From assembly GCA_026066175.1 (NCBI GenBank), contig GCA_026066175.1_4721.1: a stretch of DNA of 64,000 nt; one strand, written 5' to 3'. Every line of letters starts with the position of its first letter. The first letter of the stretch is position 1. A model generated the notes under the pieces. The model did not search any database, was not told the DNA's origin, and was given only the letters and a program-made list of their open reading frames with translations. This document shows, in pieces, positions 19,090 to 28,157 of this stretch. The DNA is from a phage. Both the position numbers and the translations under genes were made by a program.

Positions 19090-19590
19090 TTATCTGTGGT
19101 TCCCTCCCTCGGCGAGTTCGAGGGAGGTCTCAACAAAGCCAGCAGCAACACCACTCGCCGATATCTGTAAGGTATCGTTGAAGATAAGATCGTCAGGTAA
19201 ACAATCGAAGTAAATACCATATTGCGTGTTTGTCGTATTAATGATCAATGACGGCGTCGGTCGCGTTTTCTTAATGTCGGTGATATACAAACGTAAGAAC
19301 GTTTCACCGTCTTCGCTATCCGTAAAACGATACGCGTTACCAGAAAACTCGACACGTGGCGTAACGATAAACTGCACGCGATCGTCAGCCGGATGGATAT
19401 TTAGCCACCGTGCGATATCATCTGTGTTCACGTTGTGCATACTCAGCACGGTATACGCAAACAACGTAGCATGATGTTTGGAATAATGCAGTACATAAGC
19501 CGCATCTTTCTTTTTGTGAACCCCTTCAACGTATTCTATTGTCGTGTAGCCTGATTTATAAAGCTTTACTTGCGGTTTCTCATTCATCAT
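19090..19590 (-). CDS. hypothetical protein (start at internal ATG giving ATGA overlap)
   Basis: Tracked ORF 19090..19671; M28 start forms an ATGA overlap with the stop of the upstream gene. Confidence 0.4.
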   Translation of the reverse strand: MMNEKPQVKLYKSGYTTIEYVEGVHKKKDAAYVLHYSKHHATLFAYTVLSMHNVNTDDIARWLNIHPADDRVQFIVTPRVEFSGNAYRFTDSEDGETFLRLYITDIKKTRPTPSLIINTTNTQYGIYFDCLPDDLIFNDTLQISASGVAAGFVETSLELAEGGNHR

Positions 19591-19886
19591 AACAACCCTT
19601 CCCGTTTCATCGCAGAACGCATACTTGCGTAAAGCGCATTCTTCATTGCACCTGGACGTAACGGATAACAAATCTCATATCGACGTCCTTGTTTTACAGC
19701 GATCTTCCTTCCATTCAAAAACAACGTTCCATTATCCAGCAAGAGCTCACCTTGCAATACCATGAGCCCTGCCTTAACATGCCGTCCTTCTTCTTTGGTT
19801 AACACTTTGTAGCCGTGTTTATCCAATAACCACAACTCGTAAATACCGTGCGCAGCCTTCGGTGTTACTTTCTTTTTCGTCGTCAT
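19587..19886 (-). CDS. hypothetical protein
   Basis: 99-aa ORF. Confidence 0.4.
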   Translation of the reverse strand: MTTKKKVTPKAAHGIYELWLLDKHGYKVLTKEEGRHVKAGLMVLQGELLLDNGTLFLNGRKIAVKQGRRYEICYPLRPGAMKNALYASMRSAMKREGLL

Positions 19887-19898
19887 GATCGATACTCC

Positions 19899-20279
19899 TT
19901 AAACTCCTTGTCGGATCATCACCAACCGGAGCATATTGTATTCCAACGTGGCGCTTTCTAATTCGAATTCATATCGATACCAGAAATTCGGCTCCAATTG
20001 GTTTACAATACAACAACGCACCTCCGTTTGCACCTTCCTTGACAGCTCACGTAAGAAACGGGTTACCTCCGGTTTGAAGTAGTGCGCCAAACCTAACCGA
20101 TCGGAATAAAACAGGCCGCTGTCATTCGCAGCCTGCAGGATAACATATTCGACCATCAGATGACGTACATTCGGTTCAGGTACCGACGAACATAACGCAA
20201 GATCCAACACATCAACGATCGGACCAACGTACACGGCAGCACGGTATTCACGAATAACATCAACGTTATCCATGGCCAC
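19899..20279 (-). CDS. hypothetical protein
   Basis: 126-aa ORF. Confidence 0.45.
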   Translation of the reverse strand: MAMDNVDVIREYRAAVYVGPIVDVLDLALCSSVPEPNVRHLMVEYVILQAANDSGLFYSDRLGLAHYFKPEVTRFLRELSRKVQTEVRCCIVNQLEPNFWYRYEFELESATLEYNMLRLVMIRQGV

Positions 20280-20286
20280 CTACTGA

Positions 20287-21111
20287 TTAGTTGTTGCTTT
20301 CCGATAGGTTGATATAGTCAAACGCACGATCGCGTAAACAGGCATAACGAGGCAACGCGCTAAGGATAATCATCTTCAGCTGCATCGCAAGCGACATGCG
20401 TTCTTCCTCGGTCGCATCATCCCCCCATTTACCCGGTTTAACCTGGATGGGTTCCTGAGGATCCTGCGGAAAGATAAAACTCAACAGCAGGTAATCCGTG
20501 CGGAATTCCCATACCTCCCGTCCATCGCTATTGGTTTCTTTACGCAACGTGAACGGCTGACGCTCCGTGGTAGGATCCAACATCAGTGGACGACCACGAA
20601 CAACCTCAAGTTTACGTGGGCTGACGAACGTTGTTCGTTCTGGAAGATGCTTTTCAACCTCGTCGGTATCTAACAAGAACAAAATGATATCATCAAAATG
20701 CTCGGGTGCGAACGTGTGTATTGGCTCACCGTCGGTGTAGGAACAGATCGCCTGGAGTATGGGTGTTTTATCCGAGAAGCTCTGGCATGACCCGCGCGTG
20801 ATCGGTAAGGTATTCCAAAGATGTTCTGTAGACAACTCCACCGGCACCAACGGCTGATCATCGATGAACACCACGCAGGTCATCCCAACAGGAATATGTC
20901 CGTCGTTATTCGGTTCGAAGACCAAGCGAAGTTTACCGGTGATCAATGCTAACTCATCCGGCAGTAAACGATTCGCTGAACGCGCCAAACGGAATCCGGT
21001 TGCTTGGTGATATGGTTCGGGTTTATAACCACGGACAATAAGGGAAACCTCCGCAAGTTCGATGCTTACGAAGGCGTTTTTGATGTCCTTATTGTTCATC
21101 GTTAACGTCAT
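20287..21111 (-). CDS. hypothetical protein
   Basis: 274-aa ORF. Confidence 0.5.
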   Translation of the reverse strand: MTLTMNNKDIKNAFVSIELAEVSLIVRGYKPEPYHQATGFRLARSANRLLPDELALITGKLRLVFEPNNDGHIPVGMTCVVFIDDQPLVPVELSTEHLWNTLPITRGSCQSFSDKTPILQAICSYTDGEPIHTFAPEHFDDIILFLLDTDEVEKHLPERTTFVSPRKLEVVRGRPLMLDPTTERQPFTLRKETNSDGREVWEFRTDYLLLSFIFPQDPQEPIQVKPGKWGDDATEEERMSLAMQLKMIILSALPRYACLRDRAFDYINLSESNN

Positions 21112-22126
21112 TGTTCATTTTCTCCGTTGCAACAAATCGTTCAAGTTCATTCAGTAAACGTGCTTTTAACGTCGCATCCACGTCTGGTGCATGTTTATCA
21201 CGGTACCATTCTGTTCCGTTGTACTGTAAACTTACATGCCATGTGCCTAATGGACTATCTTCTGCCGCTGCGATGAAGTTCTTAACACCGGTTTTGGTTG
21301 GATACTCCATGATCGGCATGGCTTTATCTGGATCCATCAGCGTAAGATCCTGGAAGTTATAATCCAGAAGTGTCAACATGCGTTGCTTACGTAGTAACAC
21401 TCCGCATTGCAGGATGGTAAAATCGATTCCCCAGAAACGGAGTTTACCGCCCACGCCTATTGGCGTATGCCCACGATAAACCGCAAGATAGATTTCCCCT
21501 TTATCGGTTTCTTTGTTGTAGCCTGCGATGAACGCTGCGGTGATCAACGGCTGTTCGCCTTTCGCTAAAAAAGCAGGATGGCTACGATACAACCAATCGC
21601 TACGAATCAAATCGGTAACCTGACCTAAACGTGCGGTGGGTACCATCGTTGACCCTAAGGTTTCATCAACCGGGATCTGATAATACTCGAACAGAACCCC
21701 ATCGACTTCTTCGGTTGCATAAGGCGTACGCTCTGGATCGTTAAGTACCTTACGAAGTTTCTCATCGATTTCGTTTACACGATCGTCATGCGCTTTCTCA
21801 CGGCTTCCAACAACGAAAGCAACCAGATTGCGTACACTTACGAAGACGTCATCTTTTTCGGTCTCGGTAAGATCTTCCGCATCAGGCATCGTTGTCCAGT
21901 GCAAAGGACCTTCTACCACCTTAAGCCACTTATCTTCACGTTCAGGATAAACAAACGGTTTATGAACAGGAACATCCGTGTGTTGAACACGTAACAGTAA
22001 ATTGCATAACGGAGGTAATGTTTTCTCTAACGGTGGAACAATACCTGATGTAACAGCAATGACATAACGGTTAAGAACAAGAGAAGCGGAATAGGTAATG
22101 TTATCTAATCCTGGTAATTGATCCAT
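21089..22126 (-). CDS. hypothetical protein
   Basis: 345-aa ORF; first gene downstream of a 340-bp AT-rich ORF-free region. Confidence 0.5.
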   Translation of the reverse strand: MDQLPGLDNITYSASLVLNRYVIAVTSGIVPPLEKTLPPLCNLLLRVQHTDVPVHKPFVYPEREDKWLKVVEGPLHWTTMPDAEDLTETEKDDVFVSVRNLVAFVVGSREKAHDDRVNEIDEKLRKVLNDPERTPYATEEVDGVLFEYYQIPVDETLGSTMVPTARLGQVTDLIRSDWLYRSHPAFLAKGEQPLITAAFIAGYNKETDKGEIYLAVYRGHTPIGVGGKLRFWGIDFTILQCGVLLRKQRMLTLLDYNFQDLTLMDPDKAMPIMEYPTKTGVKNFIAAAEDSPLGTWHVSLQYNGTEWYRDKHAPDVDATLKARLLNELERFVATEKMNNDVNDEQ

Positions 22127-22463
22127 GATAGAAATCCTTATTGGTTTTGATCTGTTGTTTAATTAACATATTAAGTTTTAAAGAGGTTATGTTTTACGTC
22201 ATATTCGATGTTTGTATTGATGAATTAGAATACTTGTATTTTTAAGCGAGTATAATAATAGTAATAAACCTAAATTAATCTCTGTTACTTACTGTTCTAT
22301 CTAAAGATAGTAAACTGATATAATGCTCCCCACCACCCCATTCTCCCAAGTAATACTGGCCTACCGGCCCTCTCCTTTTTAGGGAGAGAGGTAAGCATTC
22401 AGTATTGCTCAAATGAATAAGCAAAGCTGTAGAGATTTACTGCCGCTTTACCTCTCTTATCTA

Positions 22464-22814
22464 TCAACACCCTATCTCTGCATAAACCTTCAATGCTTCG
22501 AATGCATCTCCCTTCTTTGTCATCGTCTTGTACAGACGTGATTGAGCAATGATTTTTACCCATTGCTTAGGATCATGAAAATTCACGTTTTCAAAATGAG
22601 GTGTGTGATCATCATTGAATTTGATGTACCCTAAAAGCAATCCGGTATGAGAACCTCGACGGAGTTCGATATGGGGTTTGAAGAAGATACGATTGTCTGG
22701 TGGATACCAGCTTACCGTGTAGTAATGGTTTCCCGAAACAACGATTTCATGAACCTGTTTTGTTTCGTCATCGATAACCGCGTTCACGCAAGGAATCATT
22801 AATTTTTGAAGCAT
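22464..22814 (-). CDS. hypothetical protein
   Basis: 116-aa ORF. Confidence 0.45.
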   Translation of the reverse strand: MLQKLMIPCVNAVIDDETKQVHEIVVSGNHYYTVSWYPPDNRIFFKPHIELRRGSHTGLLLGYIKFNDDHTPHFENVNFHDPKQWVKIIAQSRLYKTMTKKGDAFEALKVYAEIGC

Positions 22815-23398
22815 GGGACATAAACCTCCATCAACATCGCATAAAGCGCACCAAGCCCGTGTAGGACTCGGTTAGGGGCAAAGGTAGGTGTATAGCAGAC
22901 TTGTTCAGTGGGCGCTTGCTGACGCAGATCGAGAGGATCCCCGTTGATAAGCATTTGTAGAAGATCGGTGTCGTCCTGTAAGGTATCTTCATCGATATAC
23001 GCATCAACACAGAGCAGTCGATGTAACTGTTCGGGTTTAATTGAGATGCCGACAACCATGCAGTTGTTGTAGGTCGCGTTGTCCAGAAAGAAGTGAATAA
23101 CCCCTGCTTGCGGATCGCCGCTGTAATGCAGCCATTGAGTAAAACCCGCCGACATCATCCACAACGGGTTATGTTGCAATGCGCCGACAACACGGGTTTC
23201 GAATTCCAAACCGAACTTCTGGAAGATCGCGCCCATCTGGAAACGATCTTCATCCAAACGGTAACGGAAGATACAGGCATCAGAGCCTGTTGAGTTATCA
23301 TACACCGAAAGATACCCACGATGGATTTCCACGGTAACGTTGTTATCATTAAGCGTAGCGCTTGCGACGCCGTTAGCAAAGGTTGGTACAAAGCTCAT
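22799..23398 (-). CDS. hypothetical protein
   Basis: 199-aa ORF. Confidence 0.45.
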   Translation of the reverse strand: MSFVPTFANGVASATLNDNNVTVEIHRGYLSVYDNSTGSDACIFRYRLDEDRFQMGAIFQKFGLEFETRVVGALQHNPLWMMSAGFTQWLHYSGDPQAGVIHFFLDNATYNNCMVVGISIKPEQLHRLLCVDAYIDEDTLQDDTDLLQMLINGDPLDLRQQAPTEQVCYTPTFAPNRVLHGLGALYAMLMEVYVPCFKN

Positions 23399-23973
23399 CT
23401 TGTAATCCTTAATTTACCTGAATGAATGATTGTTGTTGGGTCGACGACGCGACCGTATTTCGCGTTACGTAGTACACGATGCCCAAAGAAGTCAGCGGTT
23501 TCTAACACAACCGTATAACAACCCAGTTGATGTTGGTGCCCCCAAAACCGCTCAATGGGAATCCAGCATGGTGTCATGCCTTTATGTCGCCAATCGGTAA
23601 CGCAACCAAATTCAGCAAACTGCTCAGTAAACCACTCGTCGATATCGGTATCCGTAAAGAGAAAGACATGATCTCTAACCAGATAAGCGAATCCAGGATA
23701 AAAAAGCTGCGGGTCGTCAGCGTCACGAAGATAGACACGAAGTTTATCTAACGTGCCCTCGATAACGATCGTATCGGGTAATCCTGGCGGTGTGAATCGA
23801 AGTTGGAAATTATCCTCGTTTGCTGAAGCGTTAACCAAATACCCCAATTGAAGAGGTCGATGCAATTCGAAGAGATTGAACGTTAGTGCATATTCGATAT
23901 ACTCTAATCCTATATTCATGTTTGACCTATGTGGTATGGATGACATTACGTTGCCTTCCGCGGATATAATCAT
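23395..23973 (-). CDS. hypothetical protein
   Basis: 192-aa ORF; ATGA-type overlap with the downstream gene; promoter-like element variant immediately upstream. Confidence 0.5.
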   Translation of the reverse strand: MIISAEGNVMSSIPHRSNMNIGLEYIEYALTFNLFELHRPLQLGYLVNASANEDNFQLRFTPPGLPDTIVIEGTLDKLRVYLRDADDPQLFYPGFAYLVRDHVFLFTDTDIDEWFTEQFAEFGCVTDWRHKGMTPCWIPIERFWGHQHQLGCYTVVLETADFFGHRVLRNAKYGRVVDPTTIIHSGKLRITR

Positions 23974-23974
23974 G

Positions 23975-24000
23975 AAGGTAATGTAGGTTTATTTTAATCT
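23975..24000 (-). promoter_or_regulatory. variant of the AT-rich promoter-like element (AAAATAAACCTACATTACCTTCATGAT on minus strand)
   Basis: Shares the GAAGGTAAT core and flanking ATCATGAAGG with the element at 62429-62459; sits in a divergent intergenic region. Confidence 0.35.
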
Positions 24001-24057
24001 CCATTTCGCGATGATATGACAGTCTTTATTACGTTTACCATCTGAGGGAGCATGCTC

Positions 24058-25296
24058 ATGTCTTCTATTTTACAGGTGTTTAATGCGCATGCGGAAGGCA
24101 TTGACATCGACGAGTATTTTGTTAATCAGGTTATCCGTTACGCAACACGCTTCCGTACGCAAGACCAAGAACACATGCGTTTTTTCGGTGGGGTTTTATT
24201 AGGCGTACAGAAAATCCGATTCACAACAAGACATAACGATATGTGGTTTTCCGACGTCTTGATGATGGATGAAGAAAGCTTACGACGCGATTTAAGTAAA
24301 CTGCCCTTTTACAACACGCAAACCAACCGTGTTGCGTCAAATGCGTTTAACCTTAGCTGCTGTTGGTTGCTTCATGCGATTTTCCACAGCAAACAGATCA
24401 AAAAAGAAAAGGTTCGTGAAGCCGGGATGCTTGCAGCAATGCAAGTCCTTCATTATAAATTCATTTGTGGCCTGGTGGCACGCCGTTATCCGTACAACGC
24501 TGATCCAGCGATTGCTATTAAGGCGTATGATGAGTTGACCCTCAAATCAGGCATCAAGCGCATGAACAGCTGGAACGAGTATATCGATGAACGCTGTAAT
24601 GCTATCATCGCACGTAATAGCACCCACTTCAGTCGTTGGTCGACCTTAGAACCGGATAGCGTTGCTGAGCGTTTCGTACGTGACGTGAATACCGGGATTC
24701 GTAAAGTAATCAACCGTATCACCGACACCTATTACGCGATGTATGAAGAAGGTAAGAAAATCGGCACGTCATCACAAACCGTAGAATTAGATGACGGTCT
24801 CGCTGTTCGCGACATTAAACGTAACGAAACCACCTACCGGCAATACCTGTTCGAAATCGCTTATGACCGAACAAGTTTCGTTAAACGCGAACTAATGGTG
24901 GTTATCCTCGACGTGCATCATACAACCAACCTCCTGTCTCTTGAACGCGCATTAAGCTATATCAGCGCTAATGTAGAACGTCCAACGAAAGACGGAAAAC
25001 AGGTCTCTCAAATGCTGCGGCTTGTAATGGAACATGCGATCGAATACATCATCTTGAATAAAGTCGATATGCGTGACTTAACGTTCTTATTCTACATGCG
25101 TAACGTCTACACGTCTAACCGTACCAGCAACCCGAAACTGTTAGAACTTCGTAAGATCGGCTCTGAAGTCATTAAGAAAGCAACCAACGCAAGAAACGAT
25201 GCTGAAGCAGCAGCAACCCGCACCGGGGTCTTTCTGTATATCCTGCTTCGTGTGTTTAGCCGTAATTACTATGTTCGTCGTGCGATGTCTCGGTAA
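24058..25296 (+). CDS. hypothetical protein
   Basis: Start placed at the second ATG (GAGGGA SD 8 nt upstream); about 412 aa. Confidence 0.5.
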   Translation: MSSILQVFNAHAEGIDIDEYFVNQVIRYATRFRTQDQEHMRFFGGVLLGVQKIRFTTRHNDMWFSDVLMMDEESLRRDLSKLPFYNTQTNRVASNAFNLSCCWLLHAIFHSKQIKKEKVREAGMLAAMQVLHYKFICGLVARRYPYNADPAIAIKAYDELTLKSGIKRMNSWNEYIDERCNAIIARNSTHFSRWSTLEPDSVAERFVRDVNTGIRKVINRITDTYYAMYEEGKKIGTSSQTVELDDGLAVRDIKRNETTYRQYLFEIAYDRTSFVKRELMVVILDVHHTTNLLSLERALSYISANVERPTKDGKQVSQMLRLVMEHAIEYIILNKVDMRDLTFLFYMRNVYTSNRTSNPKLLELRKIGSEVIKKATNARNDAEAAATRTGVFLYILLRVFSRNYYVRRAMSR

Positions 25297-25435
25297 AGTT
25301 TTACTGCTGTTGGTTATTATTTGAAGCATAGGGCTTCACCCAGGAGTACCATCCCTTTAAGCCATTTGTCCTCTCCTGGTTAACTGTCGTTCTCTCACAG
25401 TGCTCGACAGACCAAAAATGCTCAGGCCCCATAGT

Positions 25436-25464
25436 CCTCCTCTGGGAATGGAACCCAGAGGAGG
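25436..25464. terminator. bidirectional terminator hairpin
   Basis: 11-bp stem CCTCCTCTGGG / CCCAGAGGAGG with loop AATGGAA, between convergent genes. Confidence 0.5.
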
Positions 25465-25484
25465 CTATGTTTATTATGCTGTCT

Positions 25485-25793
25485 TTAAAACTCAATTCGA
25501 CCTTTTGTGGTAAATAATACACCTCTTTGCCAACAGAAAAGATCCTCCGATTGCGCACATACACGAATACCGGCATCGAACAAATGTTTTGTTCTGGCGC
25601 TTAAACAATCTGAATCTTCTACGTACAACAGAAGACGTTGACATTTATTCTGAATGCGTTCAACAAGAATGTTCTTATCGCTTAAAATAGAATGCGCGTT
25701 ATCCGTTAAGTTATCGTCTGTTTCCAGCTGTTTAACAAGTTTGATTAAAATACGTAATTGCTCGAGTGTGTCATGATCAAGTGAATCGCCCAT
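25485..25793 (-). CDS. small hypothetical protein (immediately downstream of the terminase large subunit)
   Basis: Start at M5 of tracked ORF 25485..25805 (GAGG SD 7 nt upstream). Confidence 0.4.
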   Translation of the reverse strand: MGDSLDHDTLEQLRILIKLVKQLETDDNLTDNAHSILSDKNILVERIQNKCQRLLLYVEDSDCLSARTKHLFDAGIRVCAQSEDLFCWQRGVLFTTKGRIEF

Positions 25794-25875
25794 GGCGTAC
25801 CTCAACGTTATACGTCGTTCGTATTATAATACTTAGACTCCCCATCGGAATTAACGGGGAGTCTGCAAATCGTGC

Positions 25876-28107
25876 TTAGAAAAAACCTCCCGGACGATAT
25901 TGTCCCATCGTCATCCACGCGTTACGAGAAATATTCCGTTCGTTTGAGGAGCGGCTTATTTGACGATACGTGTTCGCGCGTTCTTCCCTTGCTTTCGTGA
26001 TCATCGCGTCAATAGAAACAGACGCTGAATCCTCCCCACGTATCTTCCCTTTATACGTAAGAAGCTCTGCCTCCAAACGATCCAAAATGAGGCCGTTGGT
26101 TTCGGTTTTGAGCAGCTCATAGATTTCAGCAACACGTTGACGTAACTTCGCCTGCTGTTGGTTCAGATACGCTTCGTAGGGGTCTATTTCACCGGTCACC
26201 GATGCCGGTAAACGACTCATGACTTTAAGGGGATCGATACCATAATGGATCTGTTTCTTAGCACGCTTAATGAACCACATCGCCAACATCCACGCAAAGG
26301 TCATGTCGTCGTGCATTCCATCCTGGTGGTCGACACGTCCGTCTTTAATCACCAAGCCGAGAATCTCAGAACACAGCATCTTGTCGCGTAATTGTCCACG
26401 CGTTTCTACAATACCTTCCATCAAGATGTCGGAATATAATTCCATACGTTTGCGCGCATCCGTGGTGAAACCCAGATGCTTCTTACGTTGTGCGTACCAG
26501 CTTTCATCACGCATGCTTAACGGTAATTTCAAGTCTTCAAACATCGCCGGGTTGTCAGCATGTCTGTCCACAATGGTGTTATAGACACGTTTGAATACAT
26601 CGATACCCGCTTGTCTTAGGAACTCCTCGATCGCGTCTAACAGCATAATCGCACTGCTTTTACGTTCAGGAATCAACGTCACATTTTTATATCGCATCAG
26701 GAAGTTCGCTATCCAGCGCGCAAATGAAAGCAAGCTTAACTTATTAAAACGACCTGTCGCCACAACCTCTGCTGTTTCCACGTCAACCATGACCAGACCG
26801 ATAGCATCTCGACCAATCGCATCACTGGTATCCAAACCCGCAACCACCTTATTGTTCTGCATGTAGGTTTCGATCTGACCTCGAGGGATATACCAGTTAA
26901 CGCAGTAGCCTTCAGGTGAAATCTCAATGTGGTCGATTTCACGTTGTCCCGCCATGATCATTTCAACCATCTCAGCGGTTAACGGGCTTTCTGCTGAACC
27001 GTTGGTCCAGATGTTCATGTAGTCGCGGTCTTTCTGGAGTTTGTCACCTTCCGTTTCGTTCATGGTTTTCGCTAACCATTCATCACTGAATCCCAGCTGG
27101 GCATGGTTCCATTGCGCACCAATCCTGACGGTCGCCTTGCTAAGTTCGCACGGTACATTGTTCAATACCGTTTGATGTAAATGTTTTTCGTTACGGCAAT
27201 CAAAGAAACTTTCAGAGAACGGCGCTGAACGCATGAAAACTTCATACGCCCATTTTCCTTCACGTTTATCCAATTCCCCAGCCGTTGTTGTGTAGATGAT
27301 ACTGGTTAAGTCACCGTTACTTAACGCTTCATCACGTGCCGCACCCATCGCACCGATACCGGCAGGAACAATGATTTCAATGTATTTCGTAAACGCGGTT
27401 TCGTCGCTATGGAATATCGGGGTGGTTAGACCACGGCCGATGTTCGTGGCTTGTTTCTTATCCGAACGCGGAATCTTCACCGAAAGCTTGTTCTTAAAAC
27501 GTGTGTAGGTGACGTTTTCTTTGTTCGATGAGTCACGGCTATCCAGCGTCCAGAGATACGCCGGTAACAGATCACGGATACTACGCACGTCTTCTACTGT
27601 TTTCGTACGCGCATCACCGTCTTTTGTTAGCTGGATGACTTCGGTGTTACGACTGCGTACATACGTCAGATAGCAAAACAAACCTAACATGGTCATGGAT
27701 TTACCAGTCTGACGTATCTGTATCTGATACCAGTTCGTTCGTGTGAATATCCCCCACAGCATCGGAATATTACCGCGGTTAGCACGGAATGAGATTTTGT
27801 TGTCACCCGCTTTTGCTGGGACACGCATCACTTCACGGAAGAAGTACCATGGATTGAGGTAACATTCTGCACTGATCATCTGAATCTGTTCAGACGTCAA
27901 ATTCGGCGCATGAGGATCCACACCAATCAATCTTGGATTCAACAACGCCATGAAGAACGCGGAGTTACGAACGCCGAATTCACGACGGTATAAAATCGCT
28001 AAATCACGCCAACTTGTGTTTGTTGTTTCCCAGTGCGGAACCGCTTGAGGAAAATAATCCCAATCCTCCTCAAACAGAATGATTTTCTTCGGATCAACAA
28101 TCGACAT
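25876..28107 (-). CDS. terL: terminase large subunit (TerL)
   Basis: 743 aa. Walker A-like IQIRQTGKSMT, Walker B / catalytic carboxylate PIFHSDETAF, and C-terminal RNase H-like nuclease acidic residues (VAGLDTSDAIG, GMHDDMTFAW). GGAGGAG SD. Confidence 0.75.
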   Translation of the reverse strand: MSIVDPKKIILFEEDWDYFPQAVPHWETTNTSWRDLAILYRREFGVRNSAFFMALLNPRLIGVDPHAPNLTSEQIQMISAECYLNPWYFFREVMRVPAKAGDNKISFRANRGNIPMLWGIFTRTNWYQIQIRQTGKSMTMLGLFCYLTYVRSRNTEVIQLTKDGDARTKTVEDVRSIRDLLPAYLWTLDSRDSSNKENVTYTRFKNKLSVKIPRSDKKQATNIGRGLTTPIFHSDETAFTKYIEIIVPAGIGAMGAARDEALSNGDLTSIIYTTTAGELDKREGKWAYEVFMRSAPFSESFFDCRNEKHLHQTVLNNVPCELSKATVRIGAQWNHAQLGFSDEWLAKTMNETEGDKLQKDRDYMNIWTNGSAESPLTAEMVEMIMAGQREIDHIEISPEGYCVNWYIPRGQIETYMQNNKVVAGLDTSDAIGRDAIGLVMVDVETAEVVATGRFNKLSLLSFARWIANFLMRYKNVTLIPERKSSAIMLLDAIEEFLRQAGIDVFKRVYNTIVDRHADNPAMFEDLKLPLSMRDESWYAQRKKHLGFTTDARKRMELYSDILMEGIVETRGQLRDKMLCSEILGLVIKDGRVDHQDGMHDDMTFAWMLAMWFIKRAKKQIHYGIDPLKVMSRLPASVTGEIDPYEAYLNQQQAKLRQRVAEIYELLKTETNGLILDRLEAELLTYKGKIRGEDSASVSIDAMITKAREERANTYRQISRSSNERNISRNAWMTMGQYRPGGFF

Positions 28108-28122
28108 ATAAACTCCTCCGAT

Positions 28123-28143
28123 GGAGGGTGCCGAGCACCCTCC
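28123..28143 (-). terminator. hairpin in the TerL 5' leader / terminator of the upstream gene
   Basis: 9-bp stem GGAGGGTGC / GCACCCTCC with loop CGA, directly upstream of the TerL SD. Confidence 0.4.
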
Positions 28144-28157
28144 ATCGTTGTATTACC

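Noticed and set aside
22290-22330. Sigma-70-like -35/-10 pair (TTCTAT ... TATAAT) on the plus strand
   Set aside because: No plus-strand gene downstream and non-optimal spacing; phiKZ-like phages are thought to transcribe without host RNAP, so the match is probably chance in AT-rich DNA.
25301-25576. 91-aa minus-strand ORF
   Set aside because: Overlaps the better-supported ORF 25485..25793 in another frame and spans the terminator hairpin at 25436-25464.
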